NCBI GenBank assembly: GCA_963809485.1
Contig: CAWEJX010000006.1
Span: 288,001 to 352,000, forward strand
Reading direction: 5' to 3'
From: an uncultured Acidobacteriota bacterium
Lineage (GTDB): Bacteria > Acidobacteriota > UBA6911
DNA: 64,000 bases
Positions 30,107-40,492 of this stretch are shown piece by piece. A program made the position numbers and the translations under genes. Position 1 is the first letter of the stretch; every line of letters begins with the position of its first letter. The notes beneath the pieces were generated by a model. That model saw only the letters and a list, made by a program, of their open reading frames with translations. It searched no databases and was not told the DNA's origin.

Positions 30107-31180
30107 TTAGCGACCCGTGACGAAATCGTAACTCGGCGTCGATGTATAGCTGCCCGTCATACCTATCGAAAAGAACAGGATTGGAGCGTCGATGCGCTTG
30201 AACCGGATAGGACAATGCTTCAATCCCTTCGGCACGAAGATCAGGCAGCTTTTGCGGATCAGATATTTTTCTCCGCCGAGCCAGAACTCCATCTCTCCAC
30301 CCAGGTCTTGAGGGTTCTTCTCACCTCCCCTTGTTCCAACGAATCCGATAGCCTCGTCAAAATCGTGGGAATGCTCCACGACACTGTTGCCTCTTGCCGA
30401 CCCGCTCCACAGCCAGGCAAAATCCGTATAAAAGGCCCCGGGCACCTGGTCGAGGTCCAGCAGCCGTGTTCCCCTGACAGTGGAGCCGATTTTCCTGTCT
30501 TCCTGCATTTGCTTCTTTTCCGCTTCCGGCGACACCTTGGAGTAGTTCACACCGTAGGAGATATACCGGGCATAGTTGCGTTCCGCGCTCTTGGCATCGA
30601 TAAACTTCGTATGCGTCAGCGAATATTTGGCAGTCTGCCCGAAGGTGAAAAAGAGAACGGGCGCATTGTCAATCCGGTTAAAACGAATAGGGATGTGTTT
30701 CAATCCCTTCGGCACGAAGATCAGGCAGCTCCTGTTAATCAGATATTTTTCGCCCCCGAGCCACATCTCCACTTCGCCGCCTAACGCGCGGGGATCCTTT
30801 TCTCCCTGGCTTCCGATAAGGCCGATCACCTCGTCGAAGTCATTGTAATGCTCCCCGTCATCCAGGTAGTCTTTCGAATATCCCTTGCCCATCCAGTTGA
30901 GGTCTATATAAAAGGCTCCCGGAACTCTGTCGAGATCCAACAGAGGCGTTATTTTGATCGTCGAGTCAAATTTCCTCGGTGGTTCAGCCGGCGGAGTCGA
31001 CTCCTTGGGAAGCCACTTGGCTTTATCCACATCATAGGAGATATATTTGGCATACTTCTGTTCGCCGCTCTTATCGGCCTGGCCCTTCTTACCCGACTGG
31101 CCCGGAGCAAGAGTTGCCAAAACCGACACGATGAGCACCAGCGCTGCGAAAAGCCCGAACTTTTGAATTGCCTTAGGCAT
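30107..31180 (-). CDS. secreted tandem cupin-domain protein
   Basis: two copies of H.hDFDE...LGGE.E.WLGGEKY...CLIFVPKGLKH.P; N-terminal signal. Confidence 0.8.
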   Translation of the reverse strand: MPKAIQKFGLFAALVLIVSVLATLAPGQSGKKGQADKSGEQKYAKYISYDVDKAKWLPKESTPPAEPPRKFDSTIKITPLLDLDRVPGAFYIDLNWMGKGYSKDYLDDGEHYNDFDEVIGLIGSQGEKDPRALGGEVEMWLGGEKYLINRSCLIFVPKGLKHIPIRFNRIDNAPVLFFTFGQTAKYSLTHTKFIDAKSAERNYARYISYGVNYSKVSPEAEKKQMQEDRKIGSTVRGTRLLDLDQVPGAFYTDFAWLWSGSARGNSVVEHSHDFDEAIGFVGTRGGEKNPQDLGGEMEFWLGGEKYLIRKSCLIFVPKGLKHCPIRFKRIDAPILFFSIGMTGSYTSTPSYDFVTGR

Positions 31181-31212
31181 GTCACATCCTCCTGAAGCTG
31201 AAATAATGATTA

Positions 31213-31609
31213 CATTGGCAAACCCCCGGCTCTGCCGGGGGACTCAAAGAGTTTGACAGCTCCATATTTTGAAACGCTGAGAAACGCTGATAAAAGCGCT
31301 GACAAACGCCGATTTGTTCGGCGAGGGTCGGTGAGCAAAAGCCGATGAGGCGCTTCCGATGAAGTTTTCTGCGGCGGCACTGTGGCAAACGCCCGGTTTC
31401 TCATACCCTTCATCTCCCTGCCGCACGGCGCTTGCCACAGTGCCGCCACAGAAAACTGTCCAGCGCGGAGCGCTGGCCCCTGCGGGGATCGGAAGCGCCT
31501 CATCGGCTTTTGCCCGCGTAAGTCAGCGTTCAAAACCGGCGCAACTCCTCCAACCGCTTCGAGCGGTTCAAATCTTTCAAGCCTCCGGCTTTGCCGGAGG
31601 TGCCTGACT
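31213..31609 (+). mobile_element. non-autonomous IS200/IS605-type element (about 400 bp) with a long internal hairpin
   Basis: left-end hairpin GGCAAACCCCCGGCTCTGCCGGGGGACTC; right-end TCAAGCCTCCGGCTTTGCCGGAGGTGCCTGACT; no credible ORF. Confidence 0.75.
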
Positions 31610-31809
31610 GCCGCCCCAGTAATCGGATCGCTGCACCACGGCGGATAGGTCGCACACGTTGAGCCTTTAGATTTACTCGGCCCTATCCCCGGGGTTAGAA
31701 CCATTCATTACATGCATCCCTGCTTCCGGGGACTACATAGCGCCTTAATGACCCGTATTTTACTAGGATATTAAAAGAAGGATATAAAGAATTGTTGGGA
31801 TATATGGAA

Positions 31810-31960
31810 GTCAACTCGGACTGGCCCGCGCTTATGCCGCACAGGGGGACCTGGCCAACGCCCGGATCGCCTGCCAGGACCTTCTGTCGATCTGGAAAGA
31901 CGCCAACCCCGATCTGCCCGTTCTGCAAAAAGCCAAAGCGGAATACACAAAACTGCAGTA
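31810..31960 (+). pseudogene. C-terminal TPR remnant of a Ser/Thr-kinase-type protein
   Basis: QLGLARAYAAQGDLANARIACQDLLSIWKDANPDLPVLQKAKAEYTKLQ*. Confidence 0.6.
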
Positions 31961-32241
31961 AACATCCTGCCCTATGGATACAGTGCAATATATGATGCAT
32001 CGGCAATCCATGCCCTCCCGGGTACTTACGCCCGGAACAGTTGCAGGACCCGCTAACCTGGACCTGCGCCATAAAAGCCCTGAAGAACGCCGACCCCAGC
32101 AACGAGGAAGAACATGGGGGAAAACGCTTGCCCCGAGGAAGGCAATCAATGCTAAACTCGCCCCTTCAGCAGCAGCGTAAAGTGTCTCAAAATTTTGGGA
32201 TCCCTGTGTACCACTTTTATTGAGGACATGCAGAGGAGAAT

Positions 32242-34047
32242 ATGAACTCATTACATTACAGTGCCAGACGGTTTTGGGGCTGGTTTATTGCCGGCGCTCT
32301 CATTTTGGCTTCATTTATTGGCTGTAAAAACCTGGCTCAATCAGGAGGCGCCGGAGAGAAGAAGGTAACTGTTCTCGACCCCCGGGGGCAGCCGTCCGGA
32401 GTATTCGGCCGGCGTGGCGAACCCGGCTCGCACATGATGGCAATTTTTAATCCCGAAACGCACCCCACAATTGCCCGGAATGAACTGGTTCTTCTTCGGA
32501 TGGCTCCCAGGCTGGATAGCCTGGATAACAAAACGATTTACCTGGTGGATGTAGGTTTCGCCGGCGGCAAGGAGTTCCTTGAAGAGATGCAGGCGTGGTT
32601 CAGTAAAAATATGCCTTCGGTCAAAACAGTGCTGAGTATCAAGTCAGGCACGCCGTTTTCGGACAGCCCTGAACTCTGGGCGGAAATCAAACAAAAGGCG
32701 GACGGTGTGATCTTCGGGGTGGGCGGCTGAGACGGCTGTTCGGCGAGTCTCGCCGAATTTTCCCGGACCATGGAAGGCGAATATGGTGTGCCCACAGCCC
32801 CTATTGTCACCTCCCGATTCGCGGAGTATGTCATACGGGATGGCCACTCCCACGGAATGAATCTGCGCTGGAGCTTTCCCCCATATCCGGTCGGGTGGGT
32901 CCCCAGGGAAACCCTGCGCGGATATATTCAGGGGGACGATCCCGTCACCAAAGTGAAGCTGATGACGGAAGTGGTCGATGCGCTGACGAAACCCCTGACC
33001 GAGGATGAGAAGAATCCCAAAATAGTTGAAAAGCCCAAAAGACCCCGCCTGCTGGAACCGGAATCCGAGACGAACCTCCATCAGCTGTTCCTGAGAAACG
33101 GCTGGACAGACGGATTGCCTATAGTGCTGCCGACAGAGGAACGGGTCGCTGAAATGCTTACGGGAACCGACCATGATCCCCAGGAGGTGGTCGGCAGGAT
33201 GTCGGTCACCACGCATGAGGAAATGAAGGAATACACGGTAGAGAAGGTAGCCGTAATCGCTGTGATGGCCGGAGCCAGACCGGAGCACCTGCCGGTCATC
33301 CTTGCGATCGCATCGACTCAGCACCCCTCCATACCCAGTTCCACCGGATCTTACGGTAGCATGGTGTTAGTGAACGGTCCGGTTGCCAAAACCATCGGTA
33401 TGAACGGCGGCGTCGCCGCGCTTGGGCCGTTTAATTATGCCAATTCCGTCATCGGCAGGGCCTGGACGCTGATGAGCATAAACTTTGGCGATGCACGCCC
33501 GGGTGACACCTTCATGGCGACGATCGGCAACGGTTTGAGTTTTACCAACCAATGCTGCGCCGAAAACGAGGGAAAAACTCCATGGCAACCGTTTCATGTA
33601 CGGAAAGGATTCAAGGCTTCGGAGAGCACGGTCAGCGTCTTTCGCGGCTGGAACGTCATGACGCTGGGAATGGGTACTGCGGAAGGATTGCAGCAGAGAA
33701 TCCGGACCTTTGACTCAATGGGCACCTACACTTTCGTGATGGATCCCCTGGCTGCCAAAGCCCTGAAAGCCGAAGGCTGGAATGATCCGGACAAGCTGAG
33801 CAAATATCTGGCTGAAAAGTCGAAATCCCCTTTCCTCAAACCGGAAGGCATCAATTTTCTTGTGGTGGGGGGTGAAACCAATCCGATTTTTCAGACGACC
33901 GATTATGTCTATTACAAGACTGCGTCGGTGGACAAGTGGATCCCTAAGGGCGGGATCAAGCTTGATAAAAACCCCCTCCGCATGCCTGCAAGCAAGGAAT
34001 GCGAGGACGGATTGTGTAACTACGCCTATAACTATAATAAGAAGTAG
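32242..34047 (+). CDS. UGSC-family-like selenoprotein lipoprotein (about 601 aa; Sec at TGA 32728-32730)
   Basis: ORFs 32242..32730 and 32770..34047 are in frame: GVGG-TGA-DGCS gives U-x-x-C; lipobox-like FIGC; WTDGLPIVLPT, VNGP, ANSVIGRA. Confidence 0.85.
32739..32757 (+). promoter_or_regulatory. SECIS-like hairpin
   Basis: TTCGGCGA-GTC-TCGCCGAA starting 9 nt after the in-frame TGA. Confidence 0.65.
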
Positions 34048-34056
34048 ATGATGTCG

Positions 34057-34093
34057 AGTCGGCAACCTCAGGCAAAGCCTGAGGTTGCCGACT
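34057..34093. terminator. strong stem-loop between convergent genes
   Basis: AGTCGGCAACCTCAGGC-AAA-GCCTGAGGTTGCCGACT. Confidence 0.8.
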
Positions 34094-34122
34094 ACGAAGT
34101 TTTATATTGTCGTGGCCTTCAG

Positions 34123-36162
34123 CTAGACTCCCAGCTTGCCTTTGCCTGCCATTGTGTCCGCGACCTTCTTCATGCCCAATTCTTCCAGGGTCTTCCGCGT
34201 AGGCCAGCCGTTGTTGGCATCCCAGCCTTCCACTTTGTAGAAGTGGGTCTTGAACGCCTCCACGCCGGCTTTTTCCAAATACAGGTCGCTCTGGTCCTCA
34301 AAACTCCATTTGCCGTCCCGATAAACAGGCTTGTTGCCCAAAGACATGAAGGTGGCGCCGGGCATATACATGAAAGGCGCAAACTGCTCGTTATCACGGT
34401 GCCTTCCCGCCATCACGCGGATTGCGCGCTCCATGTTCCAGATCTTCCGGCCGATCTCAATCGTTTCGGCGAAAGTCTTCTTATTGCCGGTAACGGCCTG
34501 ATAGTAGCGGTATTCCAATTCGGGACTGGGTCCGGCGATGCCATTCGCCGATCTGCCGATAAAATTGGGCAGCATCATTTCACAGAATGCCATGGATTCG
34601 TTGTAGAAGCCGGCATAGCGCCTGGCCCAGGAAACCATTTTGGCTTTATGTTCGGAATAGACGCCGGTCTTACGGGCCTCCTCTCCCTTCCAGCAGTTGC
34701 TGAACATCAGGGGATCCCCGGTAAACGGTTCAACCTTGGCCGCCAGCATTTCGACAAGCTGCTCGGCCGTATAGGCCGCCGGACCGCCGAATCCGCCTCC
34801 GCCGCTCACGCCCATGAATCCGTGCCACATGGGATCGCCGGACATAAAGATGTAGCCATAAGCCCAGTCCACACCCGGGAGCGAATGATGCCAGCTAGCA
34901 CCATAAGCGGGAAAGCGCAATGCGCCGGAATTCAGATCCTCTTCCAGCCTTCCCCACTTCTTGGCCGCTTCCAGTGTCCCTTCCGCCAGGTCCGCGCCGA
35001 TGCCGATTTTGCGCGCAATGGCATCGCAGAAGGTTTCACGAAAACTCAATTGCCCCCACTGATCCATCGGCAACGGATGCGACTCTATTTTCTTTCCCGG
35101 TCCCAGGACGCCGAGCTCATACAGATATTTGATATACCAGCCCATTCCCGGTTCCATCGGCACGCGGCCTTTGAACAGCGCGGGCGCGCCCGGCACCTTG
35201 TTTTCCATGGCGCCGCCGAATTTTGTGGCCCAGGTGCAGATTCCCCACTTGATGGCGACATCGGCGCCCTTCATCAGGTCGCCCATGTACCAGAACTGAT
35301 CTGCGCACATGGATTCGCCGCCGTAATAGGAATCGCGGGTGCGGTCGCTGTTGACGCAGGCCATACAAGAGGCAGGGACGCCGCCTCTCATGGGCATTGT
35401 TACCTGGGAGGTCTGCCCGTGAGTGACCCTGGTGTCCACAAGCGCTTTCGGATCCGCTACCTGAATGCTGCCGGTGCCGAGCACGCTGACAGCTTTCAGG
35501 TTCTTTGATCCGAAAACACCCCCAAAACCGCCGGTTCGGCCGCTGATGCCGCTGCCATGGATCAGAGCGGCCACTCGAGTCATCGATTCTCCTACCGGGC
35601 CGATGCAGATGATCTGCGGTCTAGCCGTGGTGAAGTCATCCCCGATCTGGTGCCATTCATCCCCGAAGCGGGTGCGGCCTCCCACCATCGACAGGATTTG
35701 GCCCTGTGTCTCGAATGTGTTGAGGCCCCAAAGCGTTTTGGCGTCTTCAATGGTCACCTTGTCATTAATAATGTTGATCCATACCGGTCTGTCGGCTTTC
35801 CCCTGAATCACAACCCCGTCCCACCCGGCAAGTTTCAGCATTGTGGCAAACCTGCCGCCCATACTGGTCCGATGGAACAAGGGCGTAGGAAAAGTTTCGG
35901 GAGCTATGGCGCAGACACTGGTCCTTCCGGCGCCGGGAACTCCGGTTGCCGCCAGGGGGCCCGACATCAGGGAAATCACATTTCTCGGATCAAATGCATC
36001 CTGCAAATCCCAATCGCCCGGCGCGACCGCCAGGTCCCAGAATATGGCAGATCCTATTCCGACACCGCCTCCGTATTCTTCATATTGGGCCGTATCAATT
36101 CTGCTGATCTCTTTGGTCGTCAGATTTATTTTCAGTATCTTGCCTGCGTATCCGTTAGCCAT
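34123..36162 (-). CDS. aldehyde:ferredoxin oxidoreductase (W/Mo AOR family)
   Basis: GYAGKILKINLT, MGGRFATMLKLAGWD, GGFGGVFGSKNLKAV, GWPTRKTLEELG. Confidence 0.93.
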   Translation of the reverse strand: MANGYAGKILKINLTTKEISRIDTAQYEEYGGGVGIGSAIFWDLAVAPGDWDLQDAFDPRNVISLMSGPLAATGVPGAGRTSVCAIAPETFPTPLFHRTSMGGRFATMLKLAGWDGVVIQGKADRPVWINIINDKVTIEDAKTLWGLNTFETQGQILSMVGGRTRFGDEWHQIGDDFTTARPQIICIGPVGESMTRVAALIHGSGISGRTGGFGGVFGSKNLKAVSVLGTGSIQVADPKALVDTRVTHGQTSQVTMPMRGGVPASCMACVNSDRTRDSYYGGESMCADQFWYMGDLMKGADVAIKWGICTWATKFGGAMENKVPGAPALFKGRVPMEPGMGWYIKYLYELGVLGPGKKIESHPLPMDQWGQLSFRETFCDAIARKIGIGADLAEGTLEAAKKWGRLEEDLNSGALRFPAYGASWHHSLPGVDWAYGYIFMSGDPMWHGFMGVSGGGGFGGPAAYTAEQLVEMLAAKVEPFTGDPLMFSNCWKGEEARKTGVYSEHKAKMVSWARRYAGFYNESMAFCEMMLPNFIGRSANGIAGPSPELEYRYYQAVTGNKKTFAETIEIGRKIWNMERAIRVMAGRHRDNEQFAPFMYMPGATFMSLGNKPVYRDGKWSFEDQSDLYLEKAGVEAFKTHFYKVEGWDANNGWPTRKTLEELGMKKVADTMAGKGKLGV

Positions 36163-36164
36163 GT

Positions 36165-36911
36165 CTATGCTCCTTCCTTGGGCGCCGGTTTCGGGGCCAT
36201 TTTGGGAGCTGCTTTCGGCGGCGGAGCCAGATTGAGGTCATATCCGGCAACGTCCGTTTGAGAAGGAGCTTCCGCCACCAGCTTGAGCGCTTTGGCCACG
36301 CAGGTTTCCACGCAGGCCTGCTTGCCGCCGGGCCCGCCCTTCTGGTTCCAATAAGGAGCGTCGGCGCAAAGGTCGCATTTGGCGGATTTCTTTTTCGCCG
36401 AATTCCAGATCGTCCGGTGCGGCCTTTGAGGACAGGAGTTGATGCACCGCTTGCAGCCGATGCATTTTGTCTGGTCGATCCTCCTCACATTGCCGTTGGC
36501 AGCATCCACATGACAGGCGCCCGTGGGGCAATTCTGGACGCATAGCGGCGTAACGCACTGCCGGCATACCGACATGACGATGTCATAAGGGTACTTTGTG
36601 AATGACGGAGCATCGCGGATGATCTGTATCCTGGATAAGGAAGGATTTGCCACGCCTTCGTGAGTCAAAGAGCAGGCAAACATGCAGCTCTGGCAGCCCA
36701 GGCACAGCCTGCTGTCGTATACGATGTATCCGGTCGAAGCCGCGAAGGACGGCTTTGCATCCTGCGCTGCCGGTTGCGCCAATACTGCGGCCGTGGACGC
36801 GGAGGTGCTCGCAGCCAGGGCGCCGGCAGCAATAGCGGCGCCGCTTCCGGCCAGAAAATCCCGCCTCAAAACCTTTTTTCTTTTAATCTCGGCTTTCACG
36901 GATTCAGCCAT
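36165..36911 (-). CDS. Tat-signal 4x[4Fe-4S] subunit (DmsB/NrfC-like)
   Basis: LRRDFL; CLGCQSCMFAC, CRQC...CVQNCP, CIGCKRCINSCP, KCDLC...ACVETC. Confidence 0.92.
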   Translation of the reverse strand: MAESVKAEIKRKKVLRRDFLAGSGAAIAAGALAASTSASTAAVLAQPAAQDAKPSFAASTGYIVYDSRLCLGCQSCMFACSLTHEGVANPSLSRIQIIRDAPSFTKYPYDIVMSVCRQCVTPLCVQNCPTGACHVDAANGNVRRIDQTKCIGCKRCINSCPQRPHRTIWNSAKKKSAKCDLCADAPYWNQKGGPGGKQACVETCVAKALKLVAEAPSQTDVAGYDLNLAPPPKAAPKMAPKPAPKEGA

Positions 36912-37035
36912 AAATGGATCTCCTTCCCGTCAGCTTAAGGATAGTTTCAAGACGCATGCGAGGATCACAGGGACCTACAATAACAAAAATCATCTTTTCG
37001 AACCACACCATTGCAGATTCAGCCGGCAAAGAGCT

Positions 37036-38145
37036 CTAATCCGCCCTTCGACGTGATTTCTGGCCTGCTGCAACTGCGCGGCAAAAATGGTTTTTCGAGA
37101 ACCATGTATCAAGAGCGACGTACAGAATCCTCTCGTCCAGGGGGATGTCCGCGGAAAGTAAATCCAGGGAGTTCATGACAGCCGAATCATGGTTCAGGGT
37201 ATGGTTGGCGCTCCCGTCCGGCTTTCTCAGCGGCCATTCATCATAGAGAGTATTTGTGAACCCGGCAACCTGCGCCAAAGTCAAGGTGTCGAGAAGCTCT
37301 CTTTCGTCAAGTTTCTGCAATATAGGGTCGTAGCTTCTCAGATAGTGAACGAGCACCGAGGTTGAGTGTCTGCTATATTCATACCAGGAAATTCCGTCGA
37401 CTGCTTTGTCGAAAACCTTCATGGCGGATTTGCCCAAAAACCTGAATTCCTTGCTCGCTTCGCAGTCGACGCTGTTGCAGCAACCGGTATGGTTGAAGAA
37501 ACCCACATGGTCCCGTCCGTCGTGACCGTGAGAAGTCTCCGCCAGCGGGTGGGCCATGCAGCCGACTCTGCTATTCCCATCAATGAATCCCAATAACTGG
37601 CACTCCGGCAGTTCGCCTTGCCGGGGATGCTTCGGAACCGATCCTCCAAGAAACAAGGAAACGGGCCCCGCACTTGCCTCAGGCTTGTACCTGTACCCTT
37701 CGTGCCTTTGAGCTGTTTTCATGTACTGAGTCAAAGATTGTTTCGGATGCTCCGGGTCATACAGGGCTAGAAACAGTTTTCTTCTTTCTGAGAACCGCCT
37801 TTCCATCTCCTCTCTTCCGACATCCGGGAAAGAATCCTCGTATTTGGATGCCTCGAATTTTGGATCGTGCAGAGGATTGAAATTCCTGAACTTCATCACA
37901 ATGTTGCCCGGACCGAGATATCTGCCTGACTCCCGAGGATGAGGGGTAACGTTGTTTTTATTGATCGGATGGAGTTCCTTCTCTCCGGAATCCTCCAGGT
38001 GTGAATCTCCCCCTATGTGGGGAAGACAACATCGGACGCATGAGACGTTCCTGTATTGGCACAGGCTCGCTTCGTTACCTTCGCCCGAACGCATTATCTC
38101 CTGCTCTGCGAGGTTTCTGCTTTCCTGTTCGTCTGAGTAGGACAT
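37036..38145 (-). CDS. Cys-rich hypothetical protein (C-terminus possibly frameshifted)
   Basis: CQYRNVSCVRCC, CQLLGF...GCMAHP, CCNSVDC. Confidence 0.7.
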   Translation of the reverse strand: MSYSDEQESRNLAEQEIMRSGEGNEASLCQYRNVSCVRCCLPHIGGDSHLEDSGEKELHPINKNNVTPHPRESGRYLGPGNIVMKFRNFNPLHDPKFEASKYEDSFPDVGREEMERRFSERRKLFLALYDPEHPKQSLTQYMKTAQRHEGYRYKPEASAGPVSLFLGGSVPKHPRQGELPECQLLGFIDGNSRVGCMAHPLAETSHGHDGRDHVGFFNHTGCCNSVDCEASKEFRFLGKSAMKVFDKAVDGISWYEYSRHSTSVLVHYLRSYDPILQKLDERELLDTLTLAQVAGFTNTLYDEWPLRKPDGSANHTLNHDSAVMNSLDLLSADIPLDERILYVALDTWFSKNHFCRAVAAGQKSRRRAD

Positions 38146-38253
38146 GGGCAATAGGAAACCGGCTATGAAGATTTCCTCATGACATCACAATTTATGACCT
38201 GACCGGGAAATCTTAACATTTCTGGCTTTTCCAGGAGCCGACCGCTCAACCAA

Positions 38254-39657
38254 TCACCGATTTTGTTGACTGAAGCTATATAAGGCCTTGGCGGTGCGGA
38301 TATAGATGCTCTTGCCCCCGATTGCGGGCGTAGCCTGGCACTCTTCTCCCAGATCATTCACGGCCAGCACTTCCCACTGTGCATCCGCCTTCAAGACGCT
38401 GACTTTCCCGTCGTTGCTCACCAGGTAGACCTTCCCATCCGCGGCGACGGGTGATGCAAAATATGTTTCGATCGCTTTTTCAGACCGGCCGCTCTTCAAC
38501 ACGTCGCCGGTTGCGGGATTCAGGCTGGTTATAATGCCCCCGTCCTTTACCGTGTAAAGAACATCCCGGTATACCAGCGGCGAAGTGACTTCCGAATAGG
38601 CTTTCTTGAAACGCCAAAGCAGGTGATTCCGGGTCTGGTCCCCCAATCCCCCGGCTAGCACCGCGGCGAGGCCGTGCTCGGAAACACTTAGCTTCAAAAT
38701 CTCATCCCATTCCGTCTCGGTAAGATATCCGTCTCCATTCCTGTCTGCCCACCCGAAATGGTCGCCAAGATCGGGCACTGCCGCGGCTTCTTCAGCCGAA
38801 ATCTTTCCATCCTTGTTCGCATCCATTCCCACCAGTTTGGTCCAAGGATCAAACGTTGGTTTTTCCGCGCCATAGGAGGTTGCATAGATGATTCCGTTCG
38901 CCAGCGCGGGCGTCGAGATGGGGGATGTCCCTTGATTTCCCACCCACCATAGGTTTTCGCCCGAATCAATGTCGTAAGCGTCGATCCGGTAGGAGCCCGA
39001 CACAATCACTTGTGCCTTTTGGTCGGGAGTCGTCCATATTATTGGCGTGGAGAAAGCCTCAAGCTTTGCCTCTTTCCGCTCCTTGCGCCACCGTAAGCGT
39101 CCTGTGTCCTTGGCGAGCGCGATGATGAAGGACCCGCCAACCTGATCGCACACCAATACCAGCGTGCCGCCGTGTATGATCGGCGAGGAGGATACCCCAT
39201 AAAAACTGTTAAAGGGACCCAGCTTGAACCGCCATCGCTCTTTGCCTGCAGGGTCGTAGGAAACCAGGCCGAGATCAGGGAAAAACACATAGAAATTTCT
39301 GCCGTCCGTGGCTGGAGTCGGTGTCGACGTATCATTTCCCTTATAGATTTTCTGCGCGCGATCCCTCGATAACTCGCGCTGCCAAATGATTCGCCCTGTT
39401 TTGCGATCCAGGCAAACGGTGACCAGCCTCGGCCCCTCGCTGCCGGTAGCCACTATTTTGTCAGCCGTCAAAATGGGCGATGACCTTCCGAAAGGCAGTT
39501 CCTGGCGCCAGTCGAGGTTTTTAACCGGTCCGAACTCCACCGGCAATGAAGTGGCATTCGAAATCCCGCTCCCGTTGGGCCCGCGGAAACGGTTCCAGTC
39601 CTCGGTCCAGCCGGTTGCGGCAATCGTCAAAATGACAATCGGAAGCAGTTTTGTCAT
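38254..39657 (-). CDS. PQQ-binding-like beta-propeller protein with EF-hand insert
   Basis: DWNRFRGPNGSG, SSP/STP blades, DANKDGKIS, DRNGDGYLT. Confidence 0.9.
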   Translation of the reverse strand: MTKLLPIVILTIAATGWTEDWNRFRGPNGSGISNATSLPVEFGPVKNLDWRQELPFGRSSPILTADKIVATGSEGPRLVTVCLDRKTGRIIWQRELSRDRAQKIYKGNDTSTPTPATDGRNFYVFFPDLGLVSYDPAGKERWRFKLGPFNSFYGVSSSPIIHGGTLVLVCDQVGGSFIIALAKDTGRLRWRKERKEAKLEAFSTPIIWTTPDQKAQVIVSGSYRIDAYDIDSGENLWWVGNQGTSPISTPALANGIIYATSYGAEKPTFDPWTKLVGMDANKDGKISAEEAAAVPDLGDHFGWADRNGDGYLTETEWDEILKLSVSEHGLAAVLAGGLGDQTRNHLLWRFKKAYSEVTSPLVYRDVLYTVKDGGIITSLNPATGDVLKSGRSEKAIETYFASPVAADGKVYLVSNDGKVSVLKADAQWEVLAVNDLGEECQATPAIGGKSIYIRTAKALYSFSQQNR

Positions 39658-39694
39658 AGTCTTCCCCCTATTTGCCATGTGAGACTCTGATCAG

Positions 39695-40492
39695 TCACCG
39701 AATTTTGATATGGTCGCCTATGCGGCGCATGCGGGCCAGTTCATCTCCTGTCATGGGCGCTTGTTCAAGGATCGCCAGGTTCTGCCGCATCTGGTCCAAA
39801 GTCCTGGCTCCGGTCATGCAAACGTCCACTGCATGATGGGATAGAACAAATCGATAGCATTCGACGGCAGTAGGAACTCTTTCGCCGGGAGGCATCTTTT
39901 GGGGCCTCAGGAGCTTGCCCCAGGCTGTGCCTGTAAAATTAACAACTCCGGGCCTGTCATTCCCCGCCAGGTGTGGGAAAATTTCAGTCTCAGCACTCCG
40001 GTGCGCGGCGTTATATCGAAGGTGGAAGACATCGAATATTCCGGCGCCAAGGAGCCTGGGAAACAAAAGGCGACTATGGCTGGAAATGCCGAGGAAGCGC
40101 ACAAGGCCCTTTTCCTTCAGACGCATGGCTCCATCGATGATGCCCGCTGAGGGGGGTCTGTAAAATCCGCCCAGTATCAGCACATCCGCATAATCCAATC
40201 CCGCGGCCTTCAATCCCTTGACCAGGAAATGCTCGGTCAGAAATGACTGATGGGCATAGCTGAACATCGAAAGGACCAGGCGGTCCCGCTGGCCCCTGCC
40301 AGTGATATTGCGGACAGCATCGCGAAAATGGGGCGAGTAGCCTTTGACAAAGGTTCCCCATGTCATGTAATTGCAGCCGTGTTCAAAGGCTTCTTCTATA
40401 GCCTTCGCCGGCGCCCAATAGCCGGAGGCTATGCCCAGTCGGCATACGCTGAGTCCGGTTCTTCCCAATAAGACTTTTTCACAGAATTTCAT
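39695..40492 (-). CDS. aldo/keto reductase
   Basis: LGRTGLSVCRLG, GLVRFLGISSH, RYNAAH. Confidence 0.88.
   Translation of the reverse strand: MKFCEKVLLGRTGLSVCRLGIASGYWAPAKAIEEAFEHGCNYMTWGTFVKGYSPHFRDAVRNITGRGQRDRLVLSMFSYAHQSFLTEHFLVKGLKAAGLDYADVLILGGFYRPPSAGIIDGAMRLKEKGLVRFLGISSHSRLLFPRLLGAGIFDVFHLRYNAAHRSAETEIFPHLAGNDRPGVVNFTGTAWGKLLRPQKMPPGERVPTAVECYRFVLSHHAVDVCMTGARTLDQMRQNLAILEQAPMTGDELARMRRIGDHIKIR

Noticed and set aside
34048-35508. Long antisense ORFs (also 16604..17962, 20051..21295, 26602..27675, 58773..59933)
   Set aside because: They are shadows of well-supported genes on the opposite strand in GC-rich DNA
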